Below, one piece after another: positions 1-9,459 of a DNA stretch of 64,000 bases. The stretch is taken from assembly GCA_963696295.1 (NCBI GenBank), contig CAVOJR010000001.1, positions 3,040,001 to 3,104,000 of the forward strand, written 5' to 3'. Source of the stretch: an uncultured Chlamydiae bacterium (GTDB lineage: Bacteria > Chlamydiota > Chlamydiia > Chlamydiales > JAJFMB01). How positions within the stretch are numbered: position 1 is the stretch's first letter; every line of letters starts with the position of its first letter. The notes under the pieces are model-generated. The model was not told the DNA's origin. It made no database searches and saw only the letters and a program-made list of their open reading frames with translations. The position numbers and the translations under genes were made by a program.

Positions 1-695
1 TTTAAACCCTCTCCCTTTAAGATAGCTACAACAAATTTTGCATAGTCCAGGGGGCTGGTATGCAAAGTAAAGGCAGCATTTTGAGGTATTTTTGATAGCT
101 TTTTAAAAGGGCCACCGTCAGAATTGTGGCCGGATGCTTTTTTACTATCATTAGTCCAAATAAAAGAACTATGCGTCATCCGTAGAGGGATAAAAACAGT
201 ATTCTGCATGTAATCTTCTAAAGATAACCCCGATATATGTTCTACAACCTTTTGCAAATACAGAAAACCCTCTCCAGAATAACTGAATCTTTCGCCAGGC
301 TGGAAATAGATTTTTAAAGATTCATTTTTCGGCCTCCAATTGGGGAAGCCACTCGTATGTGTTAATACCATTCTTGCTGTAATAGAATTGACCCTTTCAT
401 CATTTGTAATATCGGAATAACACAGATATTCAGTAAGTGGTTTGTCTAAATCCAATTTGCCATTTTCCACTAACTTTAAAATTCCATAAGTAAAAACAGG
501 CTTACTCAGAGAAGCAGCTTCAAATATTGTATTAACCTCAATGATGTCTTTTTTTTGAGAGTTTTTTAACCCTAACTCCATATGAACAGTAATTTCAGCA
601 TTTTCAATAATTACAAGAGAGAGTCCCGGTACTTTTTTTTCTTTCATCAAAGTTTCAAGTTCGCTTTTGATGGGGGAGATTTGTGCTGCATTCAT
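1..695 (-). CDS. Serine hydrolase, beta-lactamase/AmpC-like family (partial, runs off left edge)
   Basis: Manual translation from ATG 695: MNAAQISP...FEAASLSKPV (SxxK)...LTHTSG...FSYSGEGF. Not in the ORF track because it is truncated; start uncertain. Confidence 0.85.
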   Translation of the reverse strand, partial: MNAAQISPIKSELETLMKEKKVPGLSLVIIENAEITVHMELGLKNSQKKDIIEVNTIFEAASLSKPVFTYGILKLVENGKLDLDKPLTEYLCYSDITNDERVNSITARMVLTHTSGFPNWRPKNESLKIYFQPGERFSYSGEGFLYLQKVVEHISGLSLEDYMQNTVFIPLRMTHSSFIWTNDSKKASGHNSDGGPFKKLSKIPQNAAFTLHTSPLDYAKFVVAILKGEGL

Positions 696-863
696 TTGAT
701 TACCAGCAATGAATAAAATAATTTGTCGAATCAGGGATTATATTCATTCTTTCTTTATCATGCACGATTTTATTTTTCAAGAGATCATCGATTGTTGCAA
801 AAACCTATCAATGTTGCGTATCAGATCCCGGAGCTCACTCATACAGTTAAGGTTTGCGAAGCA

Positions 864-3410
864 TCAGTAAAACCCAAGGTATGCTTTCAAACATTGTCCC
901 GTTAACGAACCGGGATTTGCAGCGATTTCTTGAGGGGTGCCTGTGGCCACAATTTCACCGCCGGCCAACCCGCCCCCTGGACCAAAATCGATAATGGTCT
1001 CTGCTTGGCAAATAGCCTCTAAATGATGCTCGATAACTACTACCGTATTTCCTTTGGAGACCAGTTTTTTCAGGATATCCAGCAGTTTTTCCACTTCCTG
1101 CGGGTGTAAGCCAGTGGTTGGCTCATCCAACAAATACAAGGTCGATTCTCTTCCGGACTTGGATAATTCCGCCGCCAATTTGATGCGTTGCGCTTCCCCT
1201 CCCGACAATGTCGAAGTAGACTGCCCTAAAGTCAAATAATCCAAACCCACCTGACTCATTAAATTCAAGAGGTTAAAAATATTCGGATGCTCGCTAAATA
1301 GAGGAATGGCATCGCTTACGGTCATATCTAAAATGTCCGCGATATGATGTCCTTGAAATTTCACGGATAAGAGTTCTTCATTGAATCGCCTGCCATTGCA
1401 AAGAGGGCATTCCATTTCAATATCGGGCATAAAAGCCATGTCAACTGCCACGATCCCTGCCCCATTACAATTCTCACACCGTTCCTCAGAGGTATTGAAA
1501 GAAAACTTATCCGCGCCAAAGCCGCGAATTTTTGCCTCTGGCAAAGAAGCAAATAAATCGCGAATCAAGTCAAAAAGTTTTGTGTAAGTGGCTACGTTGG
1601 AACGCGATGATTGCGTGTTCCTTATCGTGACTTGATCAACGGTTACCACGCGATTAAAATAACTTAAGCCCTGGACAGAAGCATGCTTGCCCGGCTCTGC
1701 ACTGGCATGATGAAAATGCTTTCTTGCCACTTTATCTAAGATCCCAAATAAAAAAGTGGATTTTCCAGAGCCCGATACGCCTGTCAGCACCACAAACTGA
1801 TTGAATGGAATACTCACGTCAATCCCTTTCAGATTATGTTCGCTTGCACCGCGAATGATAAGCGCCTTATTCTCCCGGGGGCGAGGGGGATTGAGCGGGG
1901 CAGTGGGCATCCTGGCCAAATATTTGCCAGTAATAGATGCCCGGCAAGCCATAACCTCATCAGGTGTGCCAGAAACTACAATTTCACCCCCTTTGCTGCC
2001 TCCGCCAGGCCCAACATCTATGATATGGTCCACCCTCTTTATCACATCCAGGTCATGCTCAATGACTAAAACCGTGTTGCCCGCTGCTTGTATCCCCTTA
2101 AGGGTTTTTAATAATTTTGCCGTATCGTAAGGGTGAAGACCTGTTGTCGGCTCATCTAAAACATACAAAACGCCTGTGAGCCCACTGCCGAGCACGCATG
2201 CTAACTTCAGCCTTTGCGACTCTCCTGCAGAGAGCGAGGGGAGCGTGCGATCCAAAGTGAGGTAGTTTAAACCCACTTCTATTAAATGGGATGTGCGCTC
2301 TTGCAACGCGCTCGAAAGAGCCGCAAGCACGGGTAACTCATCTTCTGACACGTGCTGATCCAAAGCGATTAACCATTTCAGCAGTTCGCCGAGAGTAAGC
2401 CCGGCCACCTCACTAATCGTTTTTCCACCGATCGTTACTTCTCTCCCCAGTTTTCCTAGACGGGCACTTTGACACGCAAGGCACGGCTCGTGGGAGATAT
2501 ATTTTGCTTTTTGAGGATTGCTCTTATATCGGTTCAATAAATAGGGAACGATACCTTCAAACTTCCCTTCACTCACCTTTTTAGGCTCTTTGATGTCCTT
2601 GTGCGCCTTGACAAACTCCGGAAAAGTCACCCCGTAGAGTAAAAAGTTTCTCTGCTCTTTCGTGTAATTTCGGATGGGCAAGCTCGTGTCGAAAGGAAAA
2701 TGATAATGCTTGCTAGCCGCTTGGATGACGCCCTCGTAATGCCCTGCAACAGCCTCCTCCCAAATACTTACCCCGCCCTCTTTAATGGTTTTGTCTTCAC
2801 TGAGTAAACTGGGGATATCGACTCCGATAATTTCACCTGCTCCCTTACAAGCCTCACAGGCTCCCGCTGTTGCGTTGCAGGAAAAGTGGGCCATCTTCAG
2901 TTTCTCCAGCTGGTGACCACAATGGGGGCAAGCAAAGTAGCTTCTGGTTTTCGTAATAGTTGCCAGTTTGTTTTTGTCAGGTTGTTTGACCGTTTTACCG
3001 CACCCCATACAGGGCTGATGTCCAATGGAGGCAAATAAGTTCCTTAAGATGGTGAGAATACCTGTTTTTGTGCCGACCGTGGAGCGAGGATTAAAATCGG
3101 TCACGCGCTGAGAAACGCCAATGGCTGGAGATAATCCCATGATATGATCGGCCTTTGCTTTGGACAGATGATCCGTAGTCATACCCAGTGATTCCAGAAA
3201 TTGTCTCAGACATTCTTTTTGTAAGATTTCGACGGCGATAGAGGATTTACCCGACCCCGAAGGACCCGTTAATGCCACCAATTTTCCTTTAGGAATCGCA
3301 AAGCAAATGCTTTTTAGATTATGCTCCCTTGCCCCGTGAACAATAATTTTTCCAAGATCACTAGTGACAGGCAAATGGCAATGCGACGGGCAAACAAAAT
3401 TTTTATTCAT
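864..3410 (-). CDS. UvrA-like ABC ATPase (short class II/DrrC-like type)
   Basis: Two ABC cassettes (GPSGSGKSS, LSAGESQR, GVSGSGKST, LSGGEAQR, LDEPTTGLHP) and CxxC zinc fingers. ATG 3410 overlaps the padR-family stop (ATGA). Confidence 0.9.
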   Translation of the reverse strand: MNKNFVCPSHCHLPVTSDLGKIIVHGAREHNLKSICFAIPKGKLVALTGPSGSGKSSIAVEILQKECLRQFLESLGMTTDHLSKAKADHIMGLSPAIGVSQRVTDFNPRSTVGTKTGILTILRNLFASIGHQPCMGCGKTVKQPDKNKLATITKTRSYFACPHCGHQLEKLKMAHFSCNATAGACEACKGAGEIIGVDIPSLLSEDKTIKEGGVSIWEEAVAGHYEGVIQAASKHYHFPFDTSLPIRNYTKEQRNFLLYGVTFPEFVKAHKDIKEPKKVSEGKFEGIVPYLLNRYKSNPQKAKYISHEPCLACQSARLGKLGREVTIGGKTISEVAGLTLGELLKWLIALDQHVSEDELPVLAALSSALQERTSHLIEVGLNYLTLDRTLPSLSAGESQRLKLACVLGSGLTGVLYVLDEPTTGLHPYDTAKLLKTLKGIQAAGNTVLVIEHDLDVIKRVDHIIDVGPGGGSKGGEIVVSGTPDEVMACRASITGKYLARMPTAPLNPPRPRENKALIIRGASEHNLKGIDVSIPFNQFVVLTGVSGSGKSTFLFGILDKVARKHFHHASAEPGKHASVQGLSYFNRVVTVDQVTIRNTQSSRSNVATYTKLFDLIRDLFASLPEAKIRGFGADKFSFNTSEERCENCNGAGIVAVDMAFMPDIEMECPLCNGRRFNEELLSVKFQGHHIADILDMTVSDAIPLFSEHPNIFNLLNLMSQVGLDYLTLGQSTSTLSGGEAQRIKLAAELSKSGRESTLYLLDEPTTGLHPQEVEKLLDILKKLVSKGNTVVVIEHHLEAICQAETIIDFGPGGGLAGGEIVATGTPQEIAANPGSLTGQCLKAYLGFY

Positions 3411-3925
3411 AGACATGCCTCTTTTAACCATTGAATTTCTAATGCCAACTGATCGATCCCGTATCTCAATGCTTTGAGGCGGATCGCTTTTTGGGGTGAA
3501 TCCGTTAGGTTCTCAAACCTCTCTTCGATTTTCCTGTACTCTTCGTACGTCTGCTCAGCTTTTTCTGCTCTTTCCTGAAACAGCCGCGCCATCTCCTCTT
3601 GATCTGTGACAAAAAAGAGTTTGAGAAGAAACTCGTTGCGCGGGGTTTCCGAACCGGTCGGACTTTCGAGCCAAGCCCTAAATTCCGCTAGTCCCGTCTC
3701 CGTAATAGAAAAGACCTCTTTCTTTTTCTTCCCCACATAAGCGACTTTGGAGAGCACTTTTCCCTCCGCTGCCAAAACCTTGAGCATCGGATAAAGGGTC
3801 GAATCGGACTCCCGCCAGAAATATACGGTCGACCTCGCCATAAGCGACTTGATCTCGTACCCGGAGCGGGGGGCCTCAAGGAGCATCCCCAAAATAGCGT
3901 ATCTTGTTTTATTGACAGTGCGCAT
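3407..3925 (-). CDS. PadR family transcriptional regulator
   Basis: ILGML..SGYEIK..FW..S..LYP.L..L wHTH pattern plus C-terminal RNEFLLKLFF domain. Confidence 0.9.
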   Translation of the reverse strand: MRTVNKTRYAILGMLLEAPRSGYEIKSLMARSTVYFWRESDSTLYPMLKVLAAEGKVLSKVAYVGKKKKEVFSITETGLAEFRAWLESPTGSETPRNEFLLKLFFVTDQEEMARLFQERAEKAEQTYEEYRKIEERFENLTDSPQKAIRLKALRYGIDQLALEIQWLKEACL

Positions 3926-3927
3926 AA

Positions 3928-3952
3928 AAAATACCCAGTTTATGGGTATTTT
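3928..3952. promoter_or_regulatory. Inverted repeat just upstream of the padR-family gene, candidate operator
   Basis: AAAATACCCA-gttta-TGGGTATTTT overlapping a minus-strand TAAAAT -10 box. Confidence 0.45.
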
Positions 3953-4076
3953 ACCATATAAAGCGATTTTCCTGCAAGCACGCCATTTCTTACTTCATTT
4001 AGAGAATTATAAGCGCAAGGCTTTGGCGGCCAATTTAATCTCGTTTTTTTTTGGATTGCCTGTTAAAATGAGGGGT

Positions 4077-5081
4077 ATGAAAATCATCTTCTCCGAAGAG
4101 CATAAATTACACGCCCCAAAGCTGGAATTTTCCTATGGGCATGTGAATAACTTTTTTGAGATAACCGAGCGCGCGGAATCACTTCTGAAAAGTCTCGAGG
4201 ATCAGGGGTTCGGTCCTGTTTTGCCTCCGGAAAAATTTCCAATAAGCGCCATCACCGCCGTACACGATGAGAAATATGTGGAATTTTTGCAAACGGCCTA
4301 TCAAGCCTGGGCGGCGGTGGGACTGAGCGGCAATGCGATCGGCAGCGTCTTTAATAAATACTACACGGATGTGCAGCCGCCGCGCAATATCGACGACGGC
4401 ACTGTGCCGATCACGGAGACGAGCTGGAAAGCGATCGAAGCGGCGGCTTTCGTCGCCCTCACCGGACAGAAGCTCGTTTCGGGCGGCGACCCCGCCGCTT
4501 TTGCCCTCTGCCGCCCTCCCGGGCATCACGCAGGAAGGGCTTCTGCCGCGGGCTACTGCTTTCTCAACAATGCCGCTATTGCCGCGGAAGGCTTTTTGAA
4601 AGAGGGAGCTAGCAAAGCGGCGATCCTCGATATCGACTACCACCATGGCAATGGAACGCAAGAGATTTTCTATGATCGCAGCGATGTGCTCTATGTCTCG
4701 ATCCACGCCGATCCGGCCTTTGACTACCCCTTTTACGCCGGTCACTCAAAAGAAAAGGGGCGGGGCGCCGGCGAGGGTTTCAATGTGAACTACCCCCTGC
4801 CTCTTGGGACGCCTTTTTCCCTTTGGAAAGAAACGCTTGAGGAGGCTCTGAAAAAAATCGCTTCTTTTGGCCCGGATGTGCTGATCGTTTCGCTTGGCGT
4901 CGATACCTTCCAAAAAGACCCCATCGGGAAGTTTAAGCTTGAGACGGCAGATTTTACGACCATCGGCCGAAGGATCGCTTCCTTAAAAAAACCGACGCTC
5001 TTTGTTCTGGAAGGGGGGTATGCCGTGGCAGAGATTGGCCGGAATGTGGGAAATGTTCTCAAGGGATTCTCCACTTTTTAA
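4077..5081 (+). CDS. Histone deacetylase family / acetylpolyamine amidohydrolase
   Basis: RPPGHHA, GYCFLNNAA, DIDYHHGNGTQ, SLGVD and LEGGY motifs. ATG 4077 follows GAGGGG. Confidence 0.9.
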   Translation: MKIIFSEEHKLHAPKLEFSYGHVNNFFEITERAESLLKSLEDQGFGPVLPPEKFPISAITAVHDEKYVEFLQTAYQAWAAVGLSGNAIGSVFNKYYTDVQPPRNIDDGTVPITETSWKAIEAAAFVALTGQKLVSGGDPAAFALCRPPGHHAGRASAAGYCFLNNAAIAAEGFLKEGASKAAILDIDYHHGNGTQEIFYDRSDVLYVSIHADPAFDYPFYAGHSKEKGRGAGEGFNVNYPLPLGTPFSLWKETLEEALKKIASFGPDVLIVSLGVDTFQKDPIGKFKLETADFTTIGRRIASLKKPTLFVLEGGYAVAEIGRNVGNVLKGFSTF

Positions 5082-5148
5082 AAAATTTCAACTAGCCATG
5101 GAATTCCAAATCGGGTAATGTTCGATTAAAAAGCTTTTGAGGTTATCC

Positions 5149-6702
5149 ATGGCGTCTGTTACCCGCACTGAATTTAAAAATCCCCTGGAAGAGATCAGCA
5201 AAGAGAGCAAAATTGCAGAACCTTGTATCTTAGTGATTTTTGGAGCAACCGGCGATTTGACCGCCCGAAAATTAATTCCCGCCCTCTACAACCTGGCGCA
5301 TGACGGCCAGCTGCCGGCCCATTTTGCCTGTGTGGGGTTTGCGAGGCGCGACAAATCGCACGATGATTTTCGAACCGAGATGCGGGGGGCGATTAATGAA
5401 TTTTCCCGCACTAAGCTCGACGACTCGATCTGGCAAAATTTCTCCGAACAGCTCTTCTACCACAAATCGGAATTCGGCGAAGACGAGGGGTATGAAAGCT
5501 TAGGCCGTTTCTTGAAAGAGCTCGACGCGAAATTCGGCACCAAAGGGAACCGCGTTTTTTACCTCTCTACCCAGCCGAGCTACTTTACCCAGGTCATCGA
5601 AAAACTCCATCAGCACAAATTAACCTACGATATCAATCAGGTACAGGACAAGTGGAGCCGCATTATCATCGAAAAACCGTTTGGCGAAGACCTGAATTCC
5701 GCAAAAGACCTCCAAAGGGAGATCACCCAATATTTGGATGAAAGCCAGATCTATCGTATTGATCACTACTTAGGCAAGGAAACGGTCCAGAACCTCCTGG
5801 TTTTCCGCTTCAGCAACCCCATTTTCGAGTCGGTGTGGAATAATCACCATATCGACAGCATCCAGATCACTGTGGGTGAAGAGATCGGGATTGGCACACG
5901 GGGCAAATTCTGGGAAGAAGCGGGCATGCTGAGGGACATCGTGCAAAACCATATGATGCAGCTGCTCTCCCTTGTCGCCATGGAACCCCCGACCAGCTTA
6001 AAGGCGGCGGCCATCCACAACGAAAAAGTAAAAGTGTTAGAGTCCATACGCCCTTTCCCCTTGGACAATATAGACAAATATATCGTCAGAGGCCAGTATG
6101 GCCAAGGCTTTATCAATGGGCAGGAAGTTTGCGGATATCGGCAAGAGAATAATGTCGATCCCAACTCATCCGTAGAGACTTATGCCGCCATGGAGCTCTT
6201 TGTCGACAACTGGCGCTGGGCGGGCGTGCCGTTTTATCTCAGGGCGGGCAAGCGCCTGCCGAAACGGGCGACTGAGATCGCCATCACCTTCAAGGAAGCC
6301 CCCTATCAGCTATTTGGAGACAAAGGAAAGAAAACCGATCACAACGTCCTGGTGATCCGCATTCAGCCGGACGAGGGGATCTCCCTGAGAATGAATTGCA
6401 AAGTGCCGGGCCTGGGAAGCACCATCCAGCCCGTAAAGATGGATTTCCGCTACGGTTCCTATTTCGGAGCTAAGCCTCCGGAAGCCTATGAGCGGCTTAT
6501 CTGCGACTGCATGGCGGGCGATGCGACTCTCTTTGCCCGCATTGACGAGGTCTACTCCTCCTGGCGCTTATTGACACCGGTCCTGGAACATTGGAAATCG
6601 TCCGCTAAACCCGTTTTCCCGAATTACCCGTCGGGCACTTGGGGGCCAGCTTCTGCCGATGAGCTGTTAACAAGAGCGGGAAGGCACTGGAGGCTCATTT
6701 GA
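5149..6702 (+). CDS. zwf: Glucose-6-phosphate 1-dehydrogenase
   Basis: GATGDL, IEKPFG, RIDHYLGKE motifs. Confidence 0.97.
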   Translation: MASVTRTEFKNPLEEISKESKIAEPCILVIFGATGDLTARKLIPALYNLAHDGQLPAHFACVGFARRDKSHDDFRTEMRGAINEFSRTKLDDSIWQNFSEQLFYHKSEFGEDEGYESLGRFLKELDAKFGTKGNRVFYLSTQPSYFTQVIEKLHQHKLTYDINQVQDKWSRIIIEKPFGEDLNSAKDLQREITQYLDESQIYRIDHYLGKETVQNLLVFRFSNPIFESVWNNHHIDSIQITVGEEIGIGTRGKFWEEAGMLRDIVQNHMMQLLSLVAMEPPTSLKAAAIHNEKVKVLESIRPFPLDNIDKYIVRGQYGQGFINGQEVCGYRQENNVDPNSSVETYAAMELFVDNWRWAGVPFYLRAGKRLPKRATEIAITFKEAPYQLFGDKGKKTDHNVLVIRIQPDEGISLRMNCKVPGLGSTIQPVKMDFRYGSYFGAKPPEAYERLICDCMAGDATLFARIDEVYSSWRLLTPVLEHWKSSAKPVFPNYPSGTWGPASADELLTRAGRHWRLI

Positions 6703-7784
6703 TGCTGGATCTTCAAGAAGAAAAAACCATTGCCAATATCGAACAGGAGCTCAAGCGCCTTTGGGATGAGCAAAAGGATAAAAAGCAGGTCAAGGCCTGC
6801 CTGTTTAATTTGATACTCTATACCCAGGAAAGCCGCCGCACCGCCTATTTTCACAGAACAATACGCTCCATCATCCAGAAATTTCCCTCGCGCATCCTGT
6901 TTATCGAAGCCAAGAAGGAATGCCCTGAAAACTACCTGCATGTTTCCGTATCCACACAAACCATAGGCGTTGAGGGATCGCTGGTCGCTTGCGATCAAAT
7001 TGAAATCACTTCCTCCTTTCAAAACCTGCCCCGCATCCCCTATATCGTCATTCCCCATCTGGTGCCCGATTTGCCAATCTATCTGATCTGGGGACAGGAT
7101 CCCACTTTGAAAAGCGAGCTCCTCCCCGCTTTTGAGAGTATTGCCAACCGGCTGATTTTTGACTCGGAATGCACCGAAAACCTGCAGAATTTCAGCAGGC
7201 AGATGCTCGCCAAAATGGACGCTCAGACGATCGATTTCATCGATATGCATTGGGCTTTAACGAACAATTGGCGAAAAGTGCTGGCGACTGTTTTTGATAC
7301 ACCTGAAAAAAATCAGCAGCTAAGGTCAGCCCGGCGGATAGAGATACGCTATAATAGCCGCAAAACGGAATTTTTCCACCACTACGAAACGCAAAGCATT
7401 TATTTGCAAGGGTGGCTTGCAGCCCAGATGGGATGGCAAATTCGCTCAATGTCTTTAGACCCTGAAGGGAGGAAAATATCCTACGTCAACGGCCCTGAGG
7501 TTTTATTACGGCCGGTAGTGCACGAAATTCACCCGTCGGGCGCTATTTTGGAAATCGATATAGAAAGCCAAACGGTCCAATTCTCCATCTCGCGGGAAAG
7601 ATACTGGTCAAAAGCTGTTTGCCATATCTGCTATCCCGAATGTTGTGAAGCTCCCTCCTCTTTTTTAATGCCCGACCTTGAAAAGGGCTTAAATTTTATG
7701 CGGGAAATCTTTTTTTCCAAGCCTGGCGATCACTACCGGAATATGTTAAAAGTCTTAAGCCAAACTAGTTGGGAGCCCAAGTGA
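6702..7784 (+). CDS. opcA: G6PDH assembly protein OpcA
   Basis: Between zwf and pgl; PSRIL, LVPDLP..W, RLIFDS, D.HW...WR motifs. Confidence 0.85.
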   Translation: MLDLQEEKTIANIEQELKRLWDEQKDKKQVKACLFNLILYTQESRRTAYFHRTIRSIIQKFPSRILFIEAKKECPENYLHVSVSTQTIGVEGSLVACDQIEITSSFQNLPRIPYIVIPHLVPDLPIYLIWGQDPTLKSELLPAFESIANRLIFDSECTENLQNFSRQMLAKMDAQTIDFIDMHWALTNNWRKVLATVFDTPEKNQQLRSARRIEIRYNSRKTEFFHHYETQSIYLQGWLAAQMGWQIRSMSLDPEGRKISYVNGPEVLLRPVVHEIHPSGAILEIDIESQTVQFSISRERYWSKAVCHICYPECCEAPSSFLMPDLEKGLNFMREIFFSKPGDHYRNMLKVLSQTSWEPK

Positions 7785-8542
7785 AATTTGACTTTAACGA
7801 AATAATCCAATCCTTCGATGATAGAAGAGATATTGCCATCCCCGGAAAAAAACAGACGACTATTGATTTTTGTCTCGAGCATTTTATTAAAAAAGCTGAA
7901 GAAGCGATTGCGGACCATGGATTTTTTGCCGTAGCGCTTTCCGGCGGCAGTACGCCCCACGCGTTGTTCGGAGCGCTGGCCAAAGAGGAAAACAGGAAGC
8001 GCATCCCCTGGAACCAGGTTCTGCTGTTTTGGAGCGATGAAAGATGCGTTCCTCCCGATCATCCCGACAGCAACTATCGCATGGCGATGGAGTCGGGTCT
8101 AAAATCCCTTGAAATACCGCCCCAGAACATCTTCCGCATGCACGGCGAGGAGCAGCCGGAGACAGCCGCTAAAAATTACGATTTTCTCCTCCAGGAGGAG
8201 GTGCCGTTTGAGACATTCGATCTGATGATGCTCGGAATGGGAGAGGATGGGCATACCGCCTCCCTCTTTCCGAAAACCCACGCTCTGCATACCGTGGGCA
8301 AGATGGCCACCGCAAATTTTGTCTCCCAAAAACACACCTGGCGGCTCACCTTGACTTTTGATTGCATCAACGCCGCAAAAAATATCGCTATTTATGTTTT
8401 GGGGGAAAATAAGGCGGAAATTCTCTCCAAAGTCTTAAATACCCATTACGATCCCGATATTTATCCCATTCAGAAGGTAGGGACGCCGGCGAGTAAAGCG
8501 CTTTTCATCCTCGATTCTGAAGCCGCAGCTAAAATCAGATGA
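7781..8542 (+). CDS. pgl: 6-phosphogluconolactonase
   Basis: LSGGSTP, FWSDERCVP, GMGEDGHTASLFP. GTG start overlaps the opcA stop. Confidence 0.95.
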   Translation: MKFDFNEIIQSFDDRRDIAIPGKKQTTIDFCLEHFIKKAEEAIADHGFFAVALSGGSTPHALFGALAKEENRKRIPWNQVLLFWSDERCVPPDHPDSNYRMAMESGLKSLEIPPQNIFRMHGEEQPETAAKNYDFLLQEEVPFETFDLMMLGMGEDGHTASLFPKTHALHTVGKMATANFVSQKHTWRLTLTFDCINAAKNIAIYVLGENKAEILSKVLNTHYDPDIYPIQKVGTPASKALFILDSEAAAKIR

Positions 8543-9459
8543 GAGTTGTCCGAGTTGTTCCCTATGATCCAAACTGGCAGGAAATGTTCGAAAAAGAGTC
8601 CTTGCTGATCAGGCAGGCATTGGGCGGCAATTGCCTCGCCGTGCATCATATAGGATCCACAGCTGTGCCAGGTCTTGCGGCCAAGCCTATCATTGATATC
8701 CTTCCCGTCGTTAAAAACATCCTGGAAGTTGACGCCGACGCCATGAGCCGTATCGGCTACGAGGCAAAAGGGGAATACGGGATGCCTTTTCGCCGTTTTT
8801 TTCAAAAAGGCTCCCATCATGTGCATGTTTTTGAAGAGGGCAGCCCCGAAATCAGCCGCCATCTGAAATTTCGCGACTGGCTCCGCACCCACCCTGAGGA
8901 GCGGGAAGCCTACGCCCGGCTTAAAATGGAACTCGCCAAAAAATATCCCGGCGACATTTTCCGGTATTGCCTCGGCAAGGAGGCATTTATCACTGCCATT
9001 GACGCCAAAGATGGCTACCGCGGCCAGCGGATGGTCATCGCTTTGACGGACAGGGAGCGGGAGGCTGTCTTCGCCCTCCGCCGGGAATATTTCCAAAACC
9101 CCCAAGAGTGGTCTTGGGACGAGTCGAATCACGCCCATCTCGTGCTCTATGATAATGCTGAAATCGCCGGCTATGCCCATCTGCAGTTTTTACCCGATTA
9201 CGCCCTATTACGCGTGATCATTATCGATGAGCCGCACCGCTACCTCGGGCTGGGGCGCCAGTTTTTGCACATGTGCGAGCGCTGGCTGACGCAGCAAGGG
9301 ATAACCCTGCTGCAGCTGCATGCCACCAAAGAAGCCAGCCGCTTCTATGAAAAGGAAGGATACCAGGAGATGCCTTTTGAGGATCCCGACGGCGGCGAAA
9401 CGGAAGAGGGGTGCGTGGCTTTAGGCAAGCGCCTGGACATGCTCAAGAGGAAAAATTAA
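8539..9459 (+). CDS. GrpB (UPF0157) nucleotidyltransferase-like domain fused to a GNAT acetyltransferase
   Basis: HIGSTAVPGLAAKPIIDI, FRDWLR..P; C-terminal RYLGLGRQ and FYEKEGY GNAT motifs. Confidence 0.88.
   Translation: MRVVRVVPYDPNWQEMFEKESLLIRQALGGNCLAVHHIGSTAVPGLAAKPIIDILPVVKNILEVDADAMSRIGYEAKGEYGMPFRRFFQKGSHHVHVFEEGSPEISRHLKFRDWLRTHPEEREAYARLKMELAKKYPGDIFRYCLGKEAFITAIDAKDGYRGQRMVIALTDREREAVFALRREYFQNPQEWSWDESNHAHLVLYDNAEIAGYAHLQFLPDYALLRVIIIDEPHRYLGLGRQFLHMCERWLTQQGITLLQLHATKEASRFYEKEGYQEMPFEDPDGGETEEGCVALGKRLDMLKRKN

Noticed and set aside
790..862. Weak inverted repeat TGTTGCAAAAACCT...AGGTTTGCGAAGCA
   Set aside because: Too degenerate, with no second copy in the window.
3849..4076. 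N-terminal extension of the deacetylase ORF
   Set aside because: Overlaps the divergent regulator and its promoter; family similarity begins at ATG 4077.
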